A DNA stretch of 64,000 nt. Origin: Pavona decussata (taxonomy: Eukaryota). The position numbers and the translations under genes are program-made. The DNA is taken from NCBI GenBank assembly GCA_977016875.1, contig CDRNST010000186.1, positions 2,232,001 to 2,296,000 on the forward strand, written 5' to 3'. Of this stretch, positions 11,919 through 25,079 are shown piece by piece (the first letter of the stretch is position 1; every line of letters starts with the position of its first letter). Below the pieces are notes generated by a model. The model was not told where the DNA came from. It worked only from the letters and a program-made list of their open reading frames with translations, and did no database searches.

Positions 11919-13175
11919 TGAATCCACAAAATAAAGTTAAAGTTAATATTAATATTCGAGACTTAGAATCGCTTTAGGTGACAGGGCACTTTGAGACTAG
12001 GTATCGCCTTTTGAGCTGCGTTTCTGAAAGAGTCAGTTGACGCAGAGTTTACCGCTTCTTGCGGTAAGTTGTTCCATAGTCTGATTGCTCTTGGGAAAAA
12101 TGAAAAGGAATAGCACAATAAATAAGTGAAAATAGAGATGAAAATTATGAGGCTGTCAAATGTCCGGGGTTAGACTAATGTCCCACCCACGGGATGGACA
12201 ATGTCAAAAAATGCCCGGCTAATGCGTTAATGCTGCGGTGGGTGGAGGGGGGGGGGGGGGGAATAGAGCACTAGTACTGCTGGTATTACATGTTGACTGA
12301 TGTATGATCATATCGAGTCCTTTATACCATTAACTGTAGGATCGTCTCCATAAACATCGTCACCAACTTCAGCAGCAGCCATTGCAGCTCTCATTTCCTT
12401 GGTTGGCTTAGTAACAGTGTCACTTCTCAAATCGATCACACGAGATTCACTTCGCTTCTCGTTCAAATCGTGCTGTCCGCTCTCGTACATGCTGGAGAAG
12501 TGTCTTCGTTGAATAGCGAGCTTTTCGTATTTCCCCCACGCATTTCGTGTAAATCGAGGAATGTTTAAAAACTTTGTCATTGTGGCGAACAAGGGAAGTG
12601 TCCTCCCTCTAAAATTATAGCTTATCAAGCCCTTCACGGGAACTTCAAATAACTGCATCTCTCCACCTGCCGGCAAAAACAGGCAGGCGTTCCAAAATGA
12701 ACGAGCAAGCCTTGGAGAGAAATTAAAAGGTGAGCTTTTGTCACGCATTAATAACACTCCTCGCGCGTGATGCAGACATTCACTGCGAACTATTAAAACA
12801 TGTACATGGAGCTGATGGAGTAGTTTTAAGAATTTCAGTTCAGTTTTTCGTTCTTATTTGCGCAAATTTGCGGTATTGTTACCTGCGGCAAGCTCTCTAA
12901 CCGATCATTACAGTGATCCTATGTAAAACAAATTATAGCTAAGAGGGGGCTGGTGTTTAAAATTCTTTAAAAGGCACAGTGAAAAAACATACCCCCCCCC
13001 CCCCCAACAAAACAATGACAAATACATAGCAAATTACTCCTCCCAAATGTAGAAAAAGTTTTTAATCGAACAAGCAAGCTAGCCAGTCTTGCCGTTGTTT
13101 CCTTCAATTCCCACTTTATCAAAATAAAAACTGACCGGGAACTTTTTGCTACACCAGCATGTTGAAATTGGGAAA

Positions 13176-13413
13176 TTTGCATAATTTCATAGTGTTGACC
13201 TCAATGATATTTTTGAGAAGGGGAATACCCCTTACGTCTACGTCCAATCAGATGTTGGAAGCTCAGAAAGGGTAGATCTCATTGGTCAGAAAAAGGGAAA
13301 GCTATGACGTCAGGAAACGCATTAACAAAGCGTATATAAACAACTCTGAAAGCGCGGTAAATTCAAATCGTGTCACTGCCGTACGAAGGATATTTCAAGA
13401 ATTGCTGGTGAGT
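13176..13413 (+). promoter_or_regulatory. Promoter/first-exon module (upstream of copy 2), head-to-head with the threonine aldolase pseudogene
   Basis: TTGCATAA ~13177, GGGGAATACCCC 13220-13231, CCAAT 13244, ATTGG 13281, TGACGTCA 13305, TATATAAA 13333, donor GTGAGT 13408. Confidence 0.72.
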
Positions 13414-13521
13414 TTTTGTCCTCTTTTCTTTGACATGTTATTAGTCCCCGGCAATTCCTTTTCTCAGGCAAATTTTAAAGGATGGTTTCTTGTTTAGAGG
13501 TCTCGGTGTTGATAATCGAGG

Positions 13522-14298
13522 CTACACCGTAGAGAGCGAAATCGGCGCAGCAAAAGGTTTCAAAAACATCGCGAAGTTTTTGAAATCTTCGCTATATATT
13601 GCGCGGGCAATCCTGCCGTTTTAATATTGTCTTTGATTTCTGGATCTCCAAGGTCGTGGAAGCCCAAAGTACAAATATCTCCTTACAACAGACAGCAGAG
13701 CAACCGAACCTTTGAGAGGTTTCATAGTGATCAACAATTCTAAAATATATTTGCACCGTATATCGTTCACAATGGACGAAATCACGATGTGAACCAGCTT
13801 GAGCTCTGGGGTCACAGGTGAGTTTCTAACTTGGCTGGTTGTTTTCTTTCAGTGCCTTCTCTAGTAGTTCAATTCTGAAGAGCGAGTCGATTGTGCTCTG
13901 CAAATTCTGTTTCAAAGGTAAGACCCTTAACTTTGCCTTTAATACAAGTCACGCGACGCGATTTGTCATACTGTCTGACTTCATGGCCTATGACTTGCTT
14001 GCCCGCCGTTTTGTTATGCTTCTGTCTGAAACAAAAGCGCGAATCTTAAATAAAACTTCTCCCTCAGAATTCCTAGAATAGAATTCAATGTTGAAATAAC
14101 CTCATTTCTGCGGCAGCATTTTCGATTCCTTCACCCCCCCTACTCAAAAGACGAGGCGTCCTTTATGAAGACGGGGTTGATAAACGAGACGAGTAAAAAA
14201 ACTACACCGTAGAGGGCGAAATCGGCGCAGCAAAAGGTTTAAATAACATCGCGAATTTTTTTGAAATCTTCACTGTATATTGCGCGGGCAATCCTGCC
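13522..14298 (+). repeat. ~95-bp direct repeat (13522-13617 and 14202-14298) in the copy-2 5' intron region
   Basis: ctacaccgtagag(a/g)gcgaaatcggcgcagcaaaaggttt...tattgcgcgggcaatcctgcc occurs twice. Confidence 0.8.
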
Positions 14299-15745
14299 AA
14301 GAAAAGGCGTCTTTTATGATGTTTATAATATCACAAACGTTTAAGCATCGTGATCGAAAATATGAATGTGCTCCGTTGGCTTTAGCATTGCTTAAAATTT
14401 ACACCGATATGATGTAATTTATCAGAGCTCGATTATGGTGCTCGTTTCCTTTCACGGATTAAAGTTGTATGCCTAGACTCCTAGAAATTCAAATTGTATC
14501 AAAGCCCTTTTCCCCTCCATAATCCGGCCAATCGATTGATATGTACGTTCCGTCAATATACCCCAAAGTGGAGTTACGATGGAATACATATAATTACAGA
14601 TCCAACTAGCCTAGTAGCCTCCTGGTGGTTCCAATTTGATAAGAACAAATGTTTTCATGCATTCTATGTCCACAGAAGTCGATACTAGTTAATAGTAGGG
14701 AAAGGTATTTTCATCAATGTTATGGTAACTTGATGATTTTTATAGACGACTGAACACACGGTTTAACTTTTCTCGGAATATGCCCGAGTCCCAATATTGG
14801 CTTTCTTAGAAAGCGTCACACAAGACTGGACCAAATTCCTGAGTACCCAGGCCCCATTTGGGAGCACGGACACTTTGCAGCGCTCGAAACTTCAACACCC
14901 GCCGAGCTTTTGAACTTTTAAGATTGGCCTGTTCAAATTCCTGCTTTCAGGACCAAAAAAGCTGTTCAAATTCGCTACCTTTACGTGTTCAAATGTTTTT
15001 CCTGAAGGGCAATTTTTTAACGTCAATCAATAGCTTGCGAGCGCAGATATGTTAATCAGTGTAACCTTCCAGAACTTTTTTTGACTGACCCCTTAGAGTG
15101 AACCATTCACTCACAGCGGCGAACTCCTGCCCTCTAAAAACTCCTCAATTCCCACAAACCAGGAAAAAATGCGAAGTGTATTCCTGCAGACCTGCATAAA
15201 ATAAATCGGTTCAAATTTCCCACTCCTCTCCTCCCAAAGAACAAATTCAGTGCCCACTCCCCTGCCCCCAGTGGTAATGTTGAAGTCATTCGAATTACTC
15301 TGCACATCACTCACGTTTCACTGAAGACAACTCACCAGTAGCTGTCACTCCATTGGCAATTTGGCTGTGCGCATGTGTACGGTTCTGCACAAACCATGGT
15401 GATGTGTTTTTGTGACCCTTGGATATGAAAAGGTCCGCATCTAGATCCCATTCTAACTGACGCTTCTTCTCCCAGGTCTACCATGATTGAGCAAAATTTA
15501 TTGTTTTGAGGTATGTAATTCAGCGTGAAAAGAAAATGGCATAATCTATCAAGATCACCCTCAGAACAAGAAGAATGGACAAAATTTTCTGGGAAAACTG
15601 CATTCTCGATCGTCCCCAGAGCCCCCACGGATTTTAAAATTGGCGAGTCAAAAGATCGTAGGCTCTGGGAACATGAGATGATGGGAAAACTGTTTTGCGT
15701 CCTTTTTAAAGTAATTCTTTTCGTTTCTTTATGCAGGTTTGAACT

Positions 15746-16096
15746 ATGGTATCGAATATTTGCAAGAGGCTTCTCAGAAAGAAGTGGCGGGAATATGACG
15801 TTAACGAGATTCCTCATATCGAGGGAATTTATGTTATTGGGGTCGTTCATCACTCCACGGACACAGAGATTGTGTACGTTGGACGCTCAAACGATGTCCA
15901 CCGAAGGATGGTGGAACACAAACGAAAGGATTTGGCCATCGACCATTTTGAGCAAGAAAAGTTTGAAGAAAATGGGGGAAAAGATTTAAGAGTCAAATGG
16001 ATAGAGGAGAACGACGAGGAAACGAAGGAACATGAATACATAGAGTGTATTGCGCAGAAAGAAGGGCGCTGGCCAAGATTCAACATTAGGGGATGA
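15746..16096 (+). CDS. Stand-alone GIY-YIG nuclease, copy 2 (116 aa, acidic subtype)
   Basis: GIYVIG...VYVGRSNDVHRRMVEH...KEHEYIEC...PRFN. Acceptor tttatgcAG (15735-36) just upstream of the ATG. Confidence 0.88.
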   Translation: MVSNICKRLLRKKWREYDVNEIPHIEGIYVIGVVHHSTDTEIVYVGRSNDVHRRMVEHKRKDLAIDHFEQEKFEENGGKDLRVKWIEENDEETKEHEYIECIAQKEGRWPRFNIRG

Positions 16097-17914
16097 AGAA
16101 ATATTGGACCACACGGAATGAGAGTAAAGTATAGGAACCGAACGTTGAATGCGTAAAGTAGAATTAAGAACTTTTCCTGTTGCCTTTTACAGTTATTGTA
16201 TCGTTTATTGTTTCCTAAATATCGCAGAATGAAACGGAAATAGTAACAAGTTTTATAATTTTTTCGATATGGCTAATTTTTCGTGCGCGCAGGAAAACGT
16301 CGCTAGTTCAATCAAATTAATCAGATTTAGCTATTTACATGAAGAAACGATATGTTACTTTCAGCTTTTCAGTGAACTGTCTTTTGTTTCACGGGTTTTA
16401 GTTGTTCTTTCACCAGTAAAAAAAACAACGCAGTGAACAAAACAATATGATTTATTTTGATTAATTTGACTACAGGCCAAGTAATACGGACAATATTTTC
16501 TTTAAACTTATCGCGGAAAAGTGTTGCGTTGCAAGTTGCGATTGTTTGTTGTCCGTGTATCCACCTCCGTGCAAAACAAATTGTCGTGTAACAAAAAAAT
16601 GTTTCCCCTATTACTTGGCTTTACCTTCTCATGGCGATCTATTATGCCGAGGAAAAAAACGAGCTCAACTTCACTTGAGTCGTTAAGTTCACTTCTTGCA
16701 AAGTATTCTTGAATTTTTGTTGGCATGGATTCGAAAATAGAAACCCTTTTTCTCCGATCAGGCTCCTCCTCATTCCCAGTTCTACGGTGCAAAATGACTT
16801 TGGAAGTGGATTCAACCGTTGCCAAGATGCCATCATTCCAGTCAATCACAGAACCGCCAATGCAATAGAAAGTAGGCTTTGTTTTGGTAATGACCTCGTA
16901 AGGTCAAAAATTCCTATAGGCCCGGCGATTGCTAGGGCGAAAAGAAAACCTAATTGGAATAATCTGTCACACGGCTAACTTGCAAATATGGAAGTTAAAT
17001 GCGCAATCTTCTTACGAGCTGGTCAATATGAACGGCAACGACTACCTACCAAGCGTTTGTAAGGAGCACTGAAAAACTCAAAATGGCGGCGGTTGAGGAG
17101 CTGTTGAATCGGAGAAAATCAGGGATTATAGGAAGAAGAAAGACATGAAAGACGCAGGACAATATATCAGACGGTAAGTTGATAATTTTGATTTAAATTT
17201 CGATAAAATACTGCTTTTTGCTTTGCTGGAAACCTGTGGAAACTAGTCTGCTCGAGTTCTCGAACCCTGGTTTGCATCGCTCATGCTTAACACAGCTTGG
17301 ATGTCCGCTTCTTACAGGTTCGGATAAATTGTAGAACTACACCACTTCAATGAAATGGGTCCCCCCAATCCCAATTTCATGATGTTATTAACAGGGTATA
17401 TCAAATCATGAATATACTTAAATTATTTCTAACCATACTGAGAACAAAAAAATGAAATTATTCCTCTTAGCAGCGGGACACCCAACCGTTCATTTCGGTG
17501 AAATTCTGAGTGATTAAGTCGTAAAGAAAATCTGCTCTTTTCTTCAGTAACATGTTAGCTCAAAATTTCGCAACACTTGAAAACAAATTCCTTTTCGTTT
17601 TGGAAGGGGCAAAATATCTCGTCAAAAACAGAGGCGACAAAAGACTAGCTAGCAAGCATTTTCGTAAAACCACAAGCAAACACCCGACGATGGACTCTCT
17701 TGATTAAAATTCCATTTCCTAAAACTTTCTGCAACTTAAATTGTCATCTAAAGCATGCGAACCGATCAATCGTGTTTTAGGCTACTTTAAAAGGTAGAAA
17801 AAAATATGGAAACACAGCAGACAGCATCTTAAATATTTGGCTGCAATGATCGCGTTGGGTGATCCAATCGTATACGACTTACAGCTTGCTCGCCTTGCAT
17901 GGCTGTCATTTTGA

Positions 17915-18060
17915 TAGCCTGCGTGGCAGGCGCTAGAGAGGGGAAGGGGGAAGGGAAATCGGGCGCGCGTGACGCGAGAGGAAAAGGAAAAGGAAGGCTT
18001 CCTTTTCCTTTTCCTCTCGCGTCACGCGCGCCCGATTTCCTTTCTCCCTTTCCCTTTCTA
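17915..18060. mobile_element. Short palindromic MITE (TAGCCTGCG-terminal), right end truncated
   Basis: Hairpin arms ggaaatcgggcgcgcgtgacgcgagaggaaaaggaaaagg / ccttttccttttcctctcgcgtcacgcgcgcccgatttcc. Confidence 0.65.
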
Positions 18061-18205
18061 TTATTTTGATAAAGTACCATTAAAATAGGCTTATCGGACA
18101 ACGAACAAAGGTCGAACCATATGATGCGCTTGATATTACTGAACTGGGAAAAAACCCTTATTTACTTGATCGACTGACACAATAGGATTCTAAGAAATAC
18201 CGGAA

Positions 18206-18452
18206 ATTGCATCACTAAGGGAATTTCCCATGTTGGTCTTCTTGGTGGCCATCCAATCAGATTATAGAAGCGTCGGTAAATATGTTAAAGAGTACTTCTG
18301 ATTGGTCAGGAAAACTGACCACCAAGAATAACTTGATGACGTCTATGAGTTTTACTTGCATCAGAAGCGGGAAGTTCGAACGACGAACGTTATTTTGCGT
18401 TAGACATATCTCCTGTGCTACCTTGCTGACATAAAATTCGAAAAGGGTAGGT
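18206..18452 (+). promoter_or_regulatory. Promoter/first-exon module (upstream of copy 3)
   Basis: ATTGCATCA 18206, GGGAATTTCC 18219-18228, CCAAT 18253, ATTGG 18301, TGACGTC 18337, donor 18447. Confidence 0.7.
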
Positions 18453-19750
18453 TGTTTCCCTATTCTTTCTTCTTTCATTTTTACTAATTAAGTAAATGCG
18501 AGCGGCCTATAATCGAAGTTCGCGAAATTGCGAAATCGATGCCTCATGGAAAGCACGCGGTCTCGCGCTATATTAGGCTAAGATCTGAGCTAAAACCTTT
18601 TAAAAACCTTTTTTATTTCTCCCACGATCTCCAGGAAAGAAAGACCGAAGAAGAAAATTTAAACGGATTTGTTTGCGATTTAAAGTTGAACCTTCTATAC
18701 CAGAAGAACAAATTTAAAACAATGTTGATGAAAATACGAAAGCGACTTTACCAAAATATCATGATCCTCTTGAAAATACTTGTGAGTTGTTTCATCTGGA
18801 ATTTAATCTAACTAACATGGAGGAGATTGAACACTAACGAGCTTATGAACTTGATTTCTTTTAGATCAAGATCTCGAAGACTAACTGACGGTAAACAAAG
18901 ATTTGTTGTATTTTTGTCGAAGGTAAGGACAACAGTTTCTCAGTTCACCGAATGCCTGTTAAGTATCGTGGCGCATAACCGGTCATGACGGGCTTCACAA
19001 TTTCTCCAAATATCCGTACGAGGTAACGTGTAGGCAGTCCTGTACATCTTACACAATTTAATAGGAGATCATGAATCCATGTTCGTTTTCTGTTGGGAAG
19101 AACCGTTTCGTTCAAGTCACTCTTGACTGACCGGCGTTAGAAACGGTTCAACCGTTTTATTTTGAGCGTTGAAAAACAGCACATGATTGACGCTCGAAAT
19201 TCGGTGCAAAACCGATAACTATAATCTGGCTATCACTTGCAATCTTGTCCGTCAAAACCGATGCTTTCATACCTCACACCATCGTGCCTCTGATGATGTA
19301 AATTTGATGGGAAGCTTTGCGTTGTGTTTCCACGAACTCTCAATAAAGAAGTCGTATAAAATCACCAAGCTCAACGACTGGGAGTTATCTGAGTGGTTTT
19401 TATAAATTTTAAAAAAATTATAGCTTCTAGTGTAAAACACAATGCTAATGAATTGCTTTTGCTCCCAGATAACTACAATTTGGCTATCGCTTGCAATCTT
19501 GTCACTTAAAACTGATGCTTTTATAACTTGCACCCATGCATGCACCTGAGATGCAAATTTGATGGAAGTTTTCTTAGAAATCGGTTATTAGAGCGTGGCG
19601 TTTCCACGAACTCTCAGTAAAAGGAGTCACGTAATCTCCAAGCTCAACGACAACATCACAACATTATCAGAGTGATATAGAATTTATAGTTTCTACTGAG
19701 TGGAGGACGTAACGCTAATGAATTGCTTTCGCCCCAAGATATCGGCGGAG

Positions 19751-20230
19751 ATGAGTACACAAATTTGCAATGAACTTTGGAAGAAGAAGTGGCAAAAGTA
19801 TGATGTTTCTTCTGTTCCCAAAATACCAGGTATTTATGCGATCGGTAAAAAAGTGGGAAGGAAGCCTACTACTAAGTACCAATACGTCGAGAGAGCAGAG
19901 AATATCAAGAAAAGACTGCAACAGCATAAGTCTGGAAAGAAGCAGGCAATCGACAAAAGAATAGCCGCGAAATTTAAACGGAATAAAGGGACAGATCTTC
20001 GCATCAAGTATGTGCATGAAAACAGGCACAGATCGAAAGAAGCCGAGTATATGGATTGCATCGCTGCAAAGGCTGGTTATCGTCCAATGTTGAACAAACG
20101 CAGAGGTGACGGAGGTGGAGGGAAAGCACGACCGTCCCAATCGCGTTCATTGGTTGGCCTTCCCAATGAGAGCGTGATGAAGGCATATTATTTCGCAGCC
20201 TCACTGTTTTTTGAAGCTTTTTGCGGCTAG
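19751..20230 (+). CDS. GIY-YIG nuclease copy 3 (159 aa), YIG motif altered to YVE
   Basis: GIYAIG...YQYVERAENIKKRLQQH...KEAEYMDC...PMLN. Close paralog of copy 4. Acceptor AG at 19737-38. Confidence 0.85.
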   Translation: MSTQICNELWKKKWQKYDVSSVPKIPGIYAIGKKVGRKPTTKYQYVERAENIKKRLQQHKSGKKQAIDKRIAAKFKRNKGTDLRIKYVHENRHRSKEAEYMDCIAAKAGYRPMLNKRRGDGGGGKARPSQSRSLVGLPNESVMKAYYFAASLFFEAFCG

Positions 20231-23044
20231 TAGCCGGCTTGACTAAATTTGACCTCTATTGACCACCATTACTGAAAAAAAAAGGAAAAAAAAAAACAGA
20301 TTGGTATAATAAAATGCTTAGTTTAGGATATTGTATTGCTGCAATTAATACCCGTGTACTTGTTGATGAAATAAAAAGCGTTTGAGGTCGTTATTCTGTC
20401 AGGTTCTACTAGAATTTCACGTTCTATTACTTAGTCCTTTAATTTACTGCATGCTTTTACTTAATTTCACTGCCTTTGTTATCTGGCTTCTTAAAACAGA
20501 AAACACTCAGTGTTGTTTGATCCCAACGTTTTAAGCTTTAACATTGTGTCCGGTGTCTTCAAATCACTAACTTCTCTCATGATACCGATGACAATGACAA
20601 TCGATTCCCTAAAGCATTAACAAAACGACAAACCACAAGAAACAAATCTAGTTTGTCACAAACTAATCCCGTCGGGTACTTCTCAGAAGTTTTGATGGGT
20701 TGTGTTGCTCTGTTCCCCAAACACTGGCCCTATTTCAGATCAAAATATGTAAATTTCTTGTACCCCTTTTCAGACCTGGTCTTTGGAATCTATTCCCCTT
20801 TTCTTTAAAATCCATACCCATTTTCAGACTCTCAGACGAAAAATGTTTAAACTCTATACCCATGTTAAGACCAAACCGCCTCAAAAGCCATAGCCTTTGC
20901 AGTGGTGCTCTTGCCAAAAGTTGTCCAATGAACTGGTTTAACTACATTCCGGCCTGCCTACAACGTTATAAATACGACAATTAGTGCAAAATAGACATGT
21001 ACATTTTTCTCTTGTTTGCCGACTAAAAACAAAGGAAATCCTTGGCCTCCCCTCCCCCTCACTCAAAGTTGTATTGCTGTAATAAATCATCACCAAGACC
21101 TCTCCCTCGTGGGGAGGAGGTGTGGGGGGCATTAAACACTGCTCCACAGTGGAAAGTACCATTCTGATTAATTCCCTCAGCAGGATGAATGTTGCCATAC
21201 AGGCTTCAAAGATCGCTCATGACCCGTACAGGGCGCCATCACTGAAACAGATCAAGATTGCCTTAATACATAACTCATAGTTTTATAGCACAACTAAAGT
21301 GATCACTATCTATGAGCTACTACCCTGTTGGATTACTTGTAAGAAAGCTTAAAATATTATTGCTTGGGGCCCACACAGGTGAACATGTAGCAACACTGTT
21401 TAAGCAAAATGGTAGTCAATCTGTATAAGGGGGAGGGGAGTGGGTTGGGGTAGGGTGGAGTGAGGGTGCTGAGAGTCTAAAACCTAGACCTTGGTTAGGA
21501 CTTGCCTAGTTCCTACGCCTCTCTCTGTTTTTCATCTTGGTCAATCTTTTACGGGGCACGTGGTACGAGCGAAAAAGCGAGGCCTTACCCCGGCCATTCG
21601 CCTCGGATACATCACCGAAACGAATTGACCATGAGGGCCTGGGAGAAAGCTGTACAGGGACTATGCAAGGTTAGGACAAAAACTCTCAGAATCCCTTCCC
21701 TGTGCAGGACAACATCCTTGATTTTATGACCCAGTTTAGGCTTGCTATATACTGAAAAAGAATATTTCACAACAACAATCCTGCAACCATACCCTGTTTA
21801 GGACAGGATCAGAGCTGATCAGACCCTGCTCAGGAGCAGTCAGAGGCCAAAAACCATACCCTGTCTAGTGGCACATCTCCATCTAGGCTAAATACATGTA
21901 AGGGAGTATAACCCCCCTCCCTGGTGTCACTACATACATCCTGATACAAATGTTTAAATTCCCTTTTAGCGATGAATGATTTCACGTTAAATAGTAGTCA
22001 CAGTGGCATTTTAAAATTACTCACTGGCAAATTCCACAAATTCCGTAGATTAAATGGGAAAAAATACTGTTTGCATTTTATGTATAAGCTGTGATAATTG
22101 CATCGTTTTTGGTCCGCTTTTTGAGTCTGAGGACAAACTCATTGACTGAACATTTTTTCCAAGTGAAAATAAATAAAATGTTAACTTCTTTCAAAGCCAC
22201 TAGTACACACACAGCTACACTCCTTTACCTTAAGCTATCCTCTTAAGCGTTTTTCTCTTCCAGTACATCCACAAAAGAACTGCGGTCTTTCTTCTGTAGT
22301 AGATCTATAATACTGCGCTTGTACTATTTTAAACGTTTTAAGACTTCCTTTCGTCTCGATTAACTAGCTTTAGTGCGGAGTGTCAGAGTATGCCTTATGT
22401 CCAATTGTTTTTACAGCGTGTAGAGCTGTGAGAATGCTGTAAAACGAGCAGTGGAACGAGCGACAAGTAAAATATCATGTTTTTAGTATCTCTGTTAAAA
22501 TGAACGAATGCGTATATTTATAAAACAAAAGTTAAACTCAGCGAACGCAGGAAACGAAGTGTGACTACGATTATTAACTTGTCTATGCTATTCATATATC
22601 ACTTGTGCATAAGACAGTCTAACCTGGTTTGGCTGTCCAGAGTTCCTGCCTCAAGACTGGTCAGCGATCGATCAGATTTCAATTCAAATAAGTGCGGAAA
22701 CTTGTTTCCTTTCAGAAATCGGAAGGTTTGTCAGCCATTTGCATCTTTACAGCAAAGATCAGTAATTCAAAGTCTCAGTGTTGTGAAGGTAAGAGACTTA
22801 TATACATCCTTTGCTAGTCCTTTTGATTTGTATCGATAAGATCGGTCCATAGTCATATCCCAGTGTCTCATCCCGAGCCGATTTACTGTTTTAAGAGAGA
22901 CGTGGGTACATGTATTTTCGTAAAACATGTACCGCAGTGACTGGTTGTCAACAAGGGACTATATGCATTATGAATTCTCCGCACGCCAGTGATATCTCTG
23001 AGAAAAAACCCTTATTTACAAGAGGATTCTAAGAAATGCCGGAA

Positions 23045-23468
23045 ATTGCATCACCAACGGAAATTGATAAGAAAAATGTGACAGTTTTGAAGGCCATTCA
23101 ATCAAATTTTAGAAGTATCAATAAAACAAGCCAAAGAGTAATTCAGCTTGCGAGAAAGCTCTCCGTTTTGGTCAGCCGAGAGAAAGCTCTCCGTTTAGGT
23201 CAGCCGCGAAGGATAGCGAGAGCGGCGAGCGAAGCGAGCCACGAGAAGAACCTAAAAGAGAGCTTGCTCGCACACTAAGAGTAATTCTGATTGGTCAGAA
23301 AAACGGGAACACCCAAAATAACTTAATGACGTAGTGGCGTCTATATATAATTAGCATCAGAAGCGGCAAGTTCGAACGACGAACGCCGTTATTTCGTGAG
23401 ACAAAGAGAAAGCGCTGTTGTTTCTACAATTTTCTACCCTGCTTGCATAAAATTTGAAAGAGGTAGGT
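23045..23468 (+). promoter_or_regulatory. Promoter/first-exon module (upstream of copy 4), interrupted by a small MITE
   Basis: ATTGCATCA 23045, ATTGG 23290, TGACGT 23327, TATATATAA 23342, donor 23463. Confidence 0.65.
23144..23277. mobile_element. Short MITE with 9-bp TSD inserted between promoter CCAAT boxes (also at 25961-26066)
   Basis: Termini cagcttgcgagaaagctctc / gagagcttgctcgcacacta; AGAGTAATT duplicated at 23135-43 and 23278-86. Confidence 0.65.
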
Positions 23469-24431
23469 CATTAACTTATTCTTTCTTCTTTCATTTCTAA
23501 CTAATTAAGTAAATTCGAGCGGCATAATCGAACTAAATGAAGCCTTAATGTACGAAATTAATTGGTCAGGCGCTATCGATGGTTTGCAACTGAAAGCGCG
23601 CCTCGCGTGGTAAGCTAAAACCTTTCTCCCAAGATCTTCGGGAAAAGAGAGACCGAAGAAGAAAACTTATAATAAACGGATTTGTTTCCGATTTAAGGTT
23701 GAACCTGGCTTCTATACCAGAACAACTAATGTAAAACAATGTTGATCAGAAAATACGAAAGCGACTGCACCATAATACCACGATTTCTTGAAAATATTTA
23801 TTGATTTGGTTCAGCTGAACTTAATCTAAATAACATGGAGGAGTTTCAACACTAACGAACTTATCAACTTGATCTCTTTCAGATCCACATCTCGAAGACT
23901 GACGCAAAAGACAAGACTTGTTGTATTTTCAGTTTGTCGAAGGTAAGGACAGCAGTTTGTTCACCCAATGCCTGTTAAGTATCGCGGCGCATAACCCGCC
24001 AGTCAGGATAGATGACGGGCTCCATAATTTCTCCATATATCTGTACGAGGTAAAGTGTCGGCAGTCCTGTCTATCTTACACAATTTAATAGGAAATCATG
24101 AATCCATGCTCGTTTTTTGTTGGGAAGAACCGTTTCATTCTAGTCAGTTGACAGTCCTATTTTAACTTTTATTGAACGGCGCGGCGTTAGAAACGTTTCA
24201 ACCGAGTCCACTGTCGGTTGAAAAACACGTTTTTAACGCTCGAAATGCGGTGTAAAACCGACAACTACAATTTGGCTATCGCTTGCAATCTTGTCAGTCA
24301 AAACTGATGCTTTTATACCTTGCACCCATTGCGCCTGAGATGCAAATTTGATGGAAGTTTTCTTAGAAATCGGTTCTTAGAGCGTGCCGCGTTTCCACGA
24401 ACTCTCAATAAAAGGAGTCACGTAATCACCT

Positions 24432-24519
24432 ACCCTGCGAGCAGAGGCTCTTCGATCTTCCTAGATAAGTCGACTTCCCGACTTATCTAGGAAGATCGAA
24501 GGGCCTCTGCTCGCAGAGT
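24432..24519. mobile_element. 88-bp near-perfect hairpin MITE in the copy-4 intron
   Basis: ctgcgagcagaggctcttcgatcttcctagataagtcg-acttcc-cgacttatctaggaagatcgaagggcctctgctcgcag; absent from the paralogous intron at ~19635. Confidence 0.7.
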
Positions 24520-24602
24520 GATTAATCAGAGTGCTTAACAATTTATATGGTTTCTAGGGTAGAAGATGATGCTCATGAATTGCTTTACCTCTAGATACCG
24601 AG

Positions 24603-25079
24603 ATGAGAAGATCTAGACGGCAAATTTGCGATAAACTGTGCAAGATGAAGTGGCAGAAGTATGATGTTTCCACTGTACCCCGCCGAATGCCAGGCATTTA
24701 TTCAATTGGTGACGGGAAGCCTACTAAGTACCAATACGTCGGGAGAGCTGAGAATATCAAGAAAAGATTGCAACAGCATAAGTCTGGAAAGAAGCAGGCA
24801 ATCGACAAAAGAATAACCGCGAAAATTAAACGAGATAAAGGGACAGATCTTCGCATCAAGTATGTCAATGAAAAAAAGCACAAAGAGAAAGAAGCCGCGT
24901 ATATCGACTGCATCACTGCAAAGGCTGGTTATCGTCCAATGTTGAACAAACGCAGAGGTGACGGAGGCGGAGGGAAAGCACGATCATCCCAATCGCGTTC
25001 ACTGGTTAACCGTCCCAGTAAGAGCGTGATGGAGGCATACTATTATCTCGTCTCAATCTGTGAAGCTTTGTACGGCTAG
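24603..25079 (+). CDS. GIY-YIG nuclease copy 4 (158 aa, basic)
   Basis: PGIYSIG...YQYVGRAENIKKRLQQH...KEAAYIDC...PMLN. Acceptor ctAG at 24593-94. Confidence 0.88.
   Translation: MRRSRRQICDKLCKMKWQKYDVSTVPRRMPGIYSIGDGKPTKYQYVGRAENIKKRLQQHKSGKKQAIDKRITAKIKRDKGTDLRIKYVNEKKHKEKEAAYIDCITAKAGYRPMLNKRRGDGGGGKARSSQSRSLVNRPSKSVMEAYYYLVSICEALYG

Larger units (their letters stand above)
7790..12580 (-). pseudogene. Low-specificity L-threonine aldolase (GLY1/THA1/LtaE family) 5' pseudogene, copy A
   Basis: Exon 1 12580-12328: transit-peptide-like N-terminus plus [37 protein letters not shown]. Exon 2 9498-9414: TGKEGAIFVPSGTMGNLVA, 85 nt, i.e. a +1 frameshift. Exon 3 from 7900: VMGHCQ then stops. No further exons recognised. 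Confidence 0.85.

Noticed and set aside
12308-12757. Intact 149-aa protein or functional threonine aldolase gene
   Set aside because: Only exon 1 is homologous. Exon 2 is frameshifted, exon 3 has stops, and no exons with the PLP-lysine region were found.
16508-16978. ORFs of 60-113 aa around 16.5-17 kb
   Set aside because: No recognisable motifs, and hydrophobic stretches are interrupted by stops; cannot be supported as a gene.
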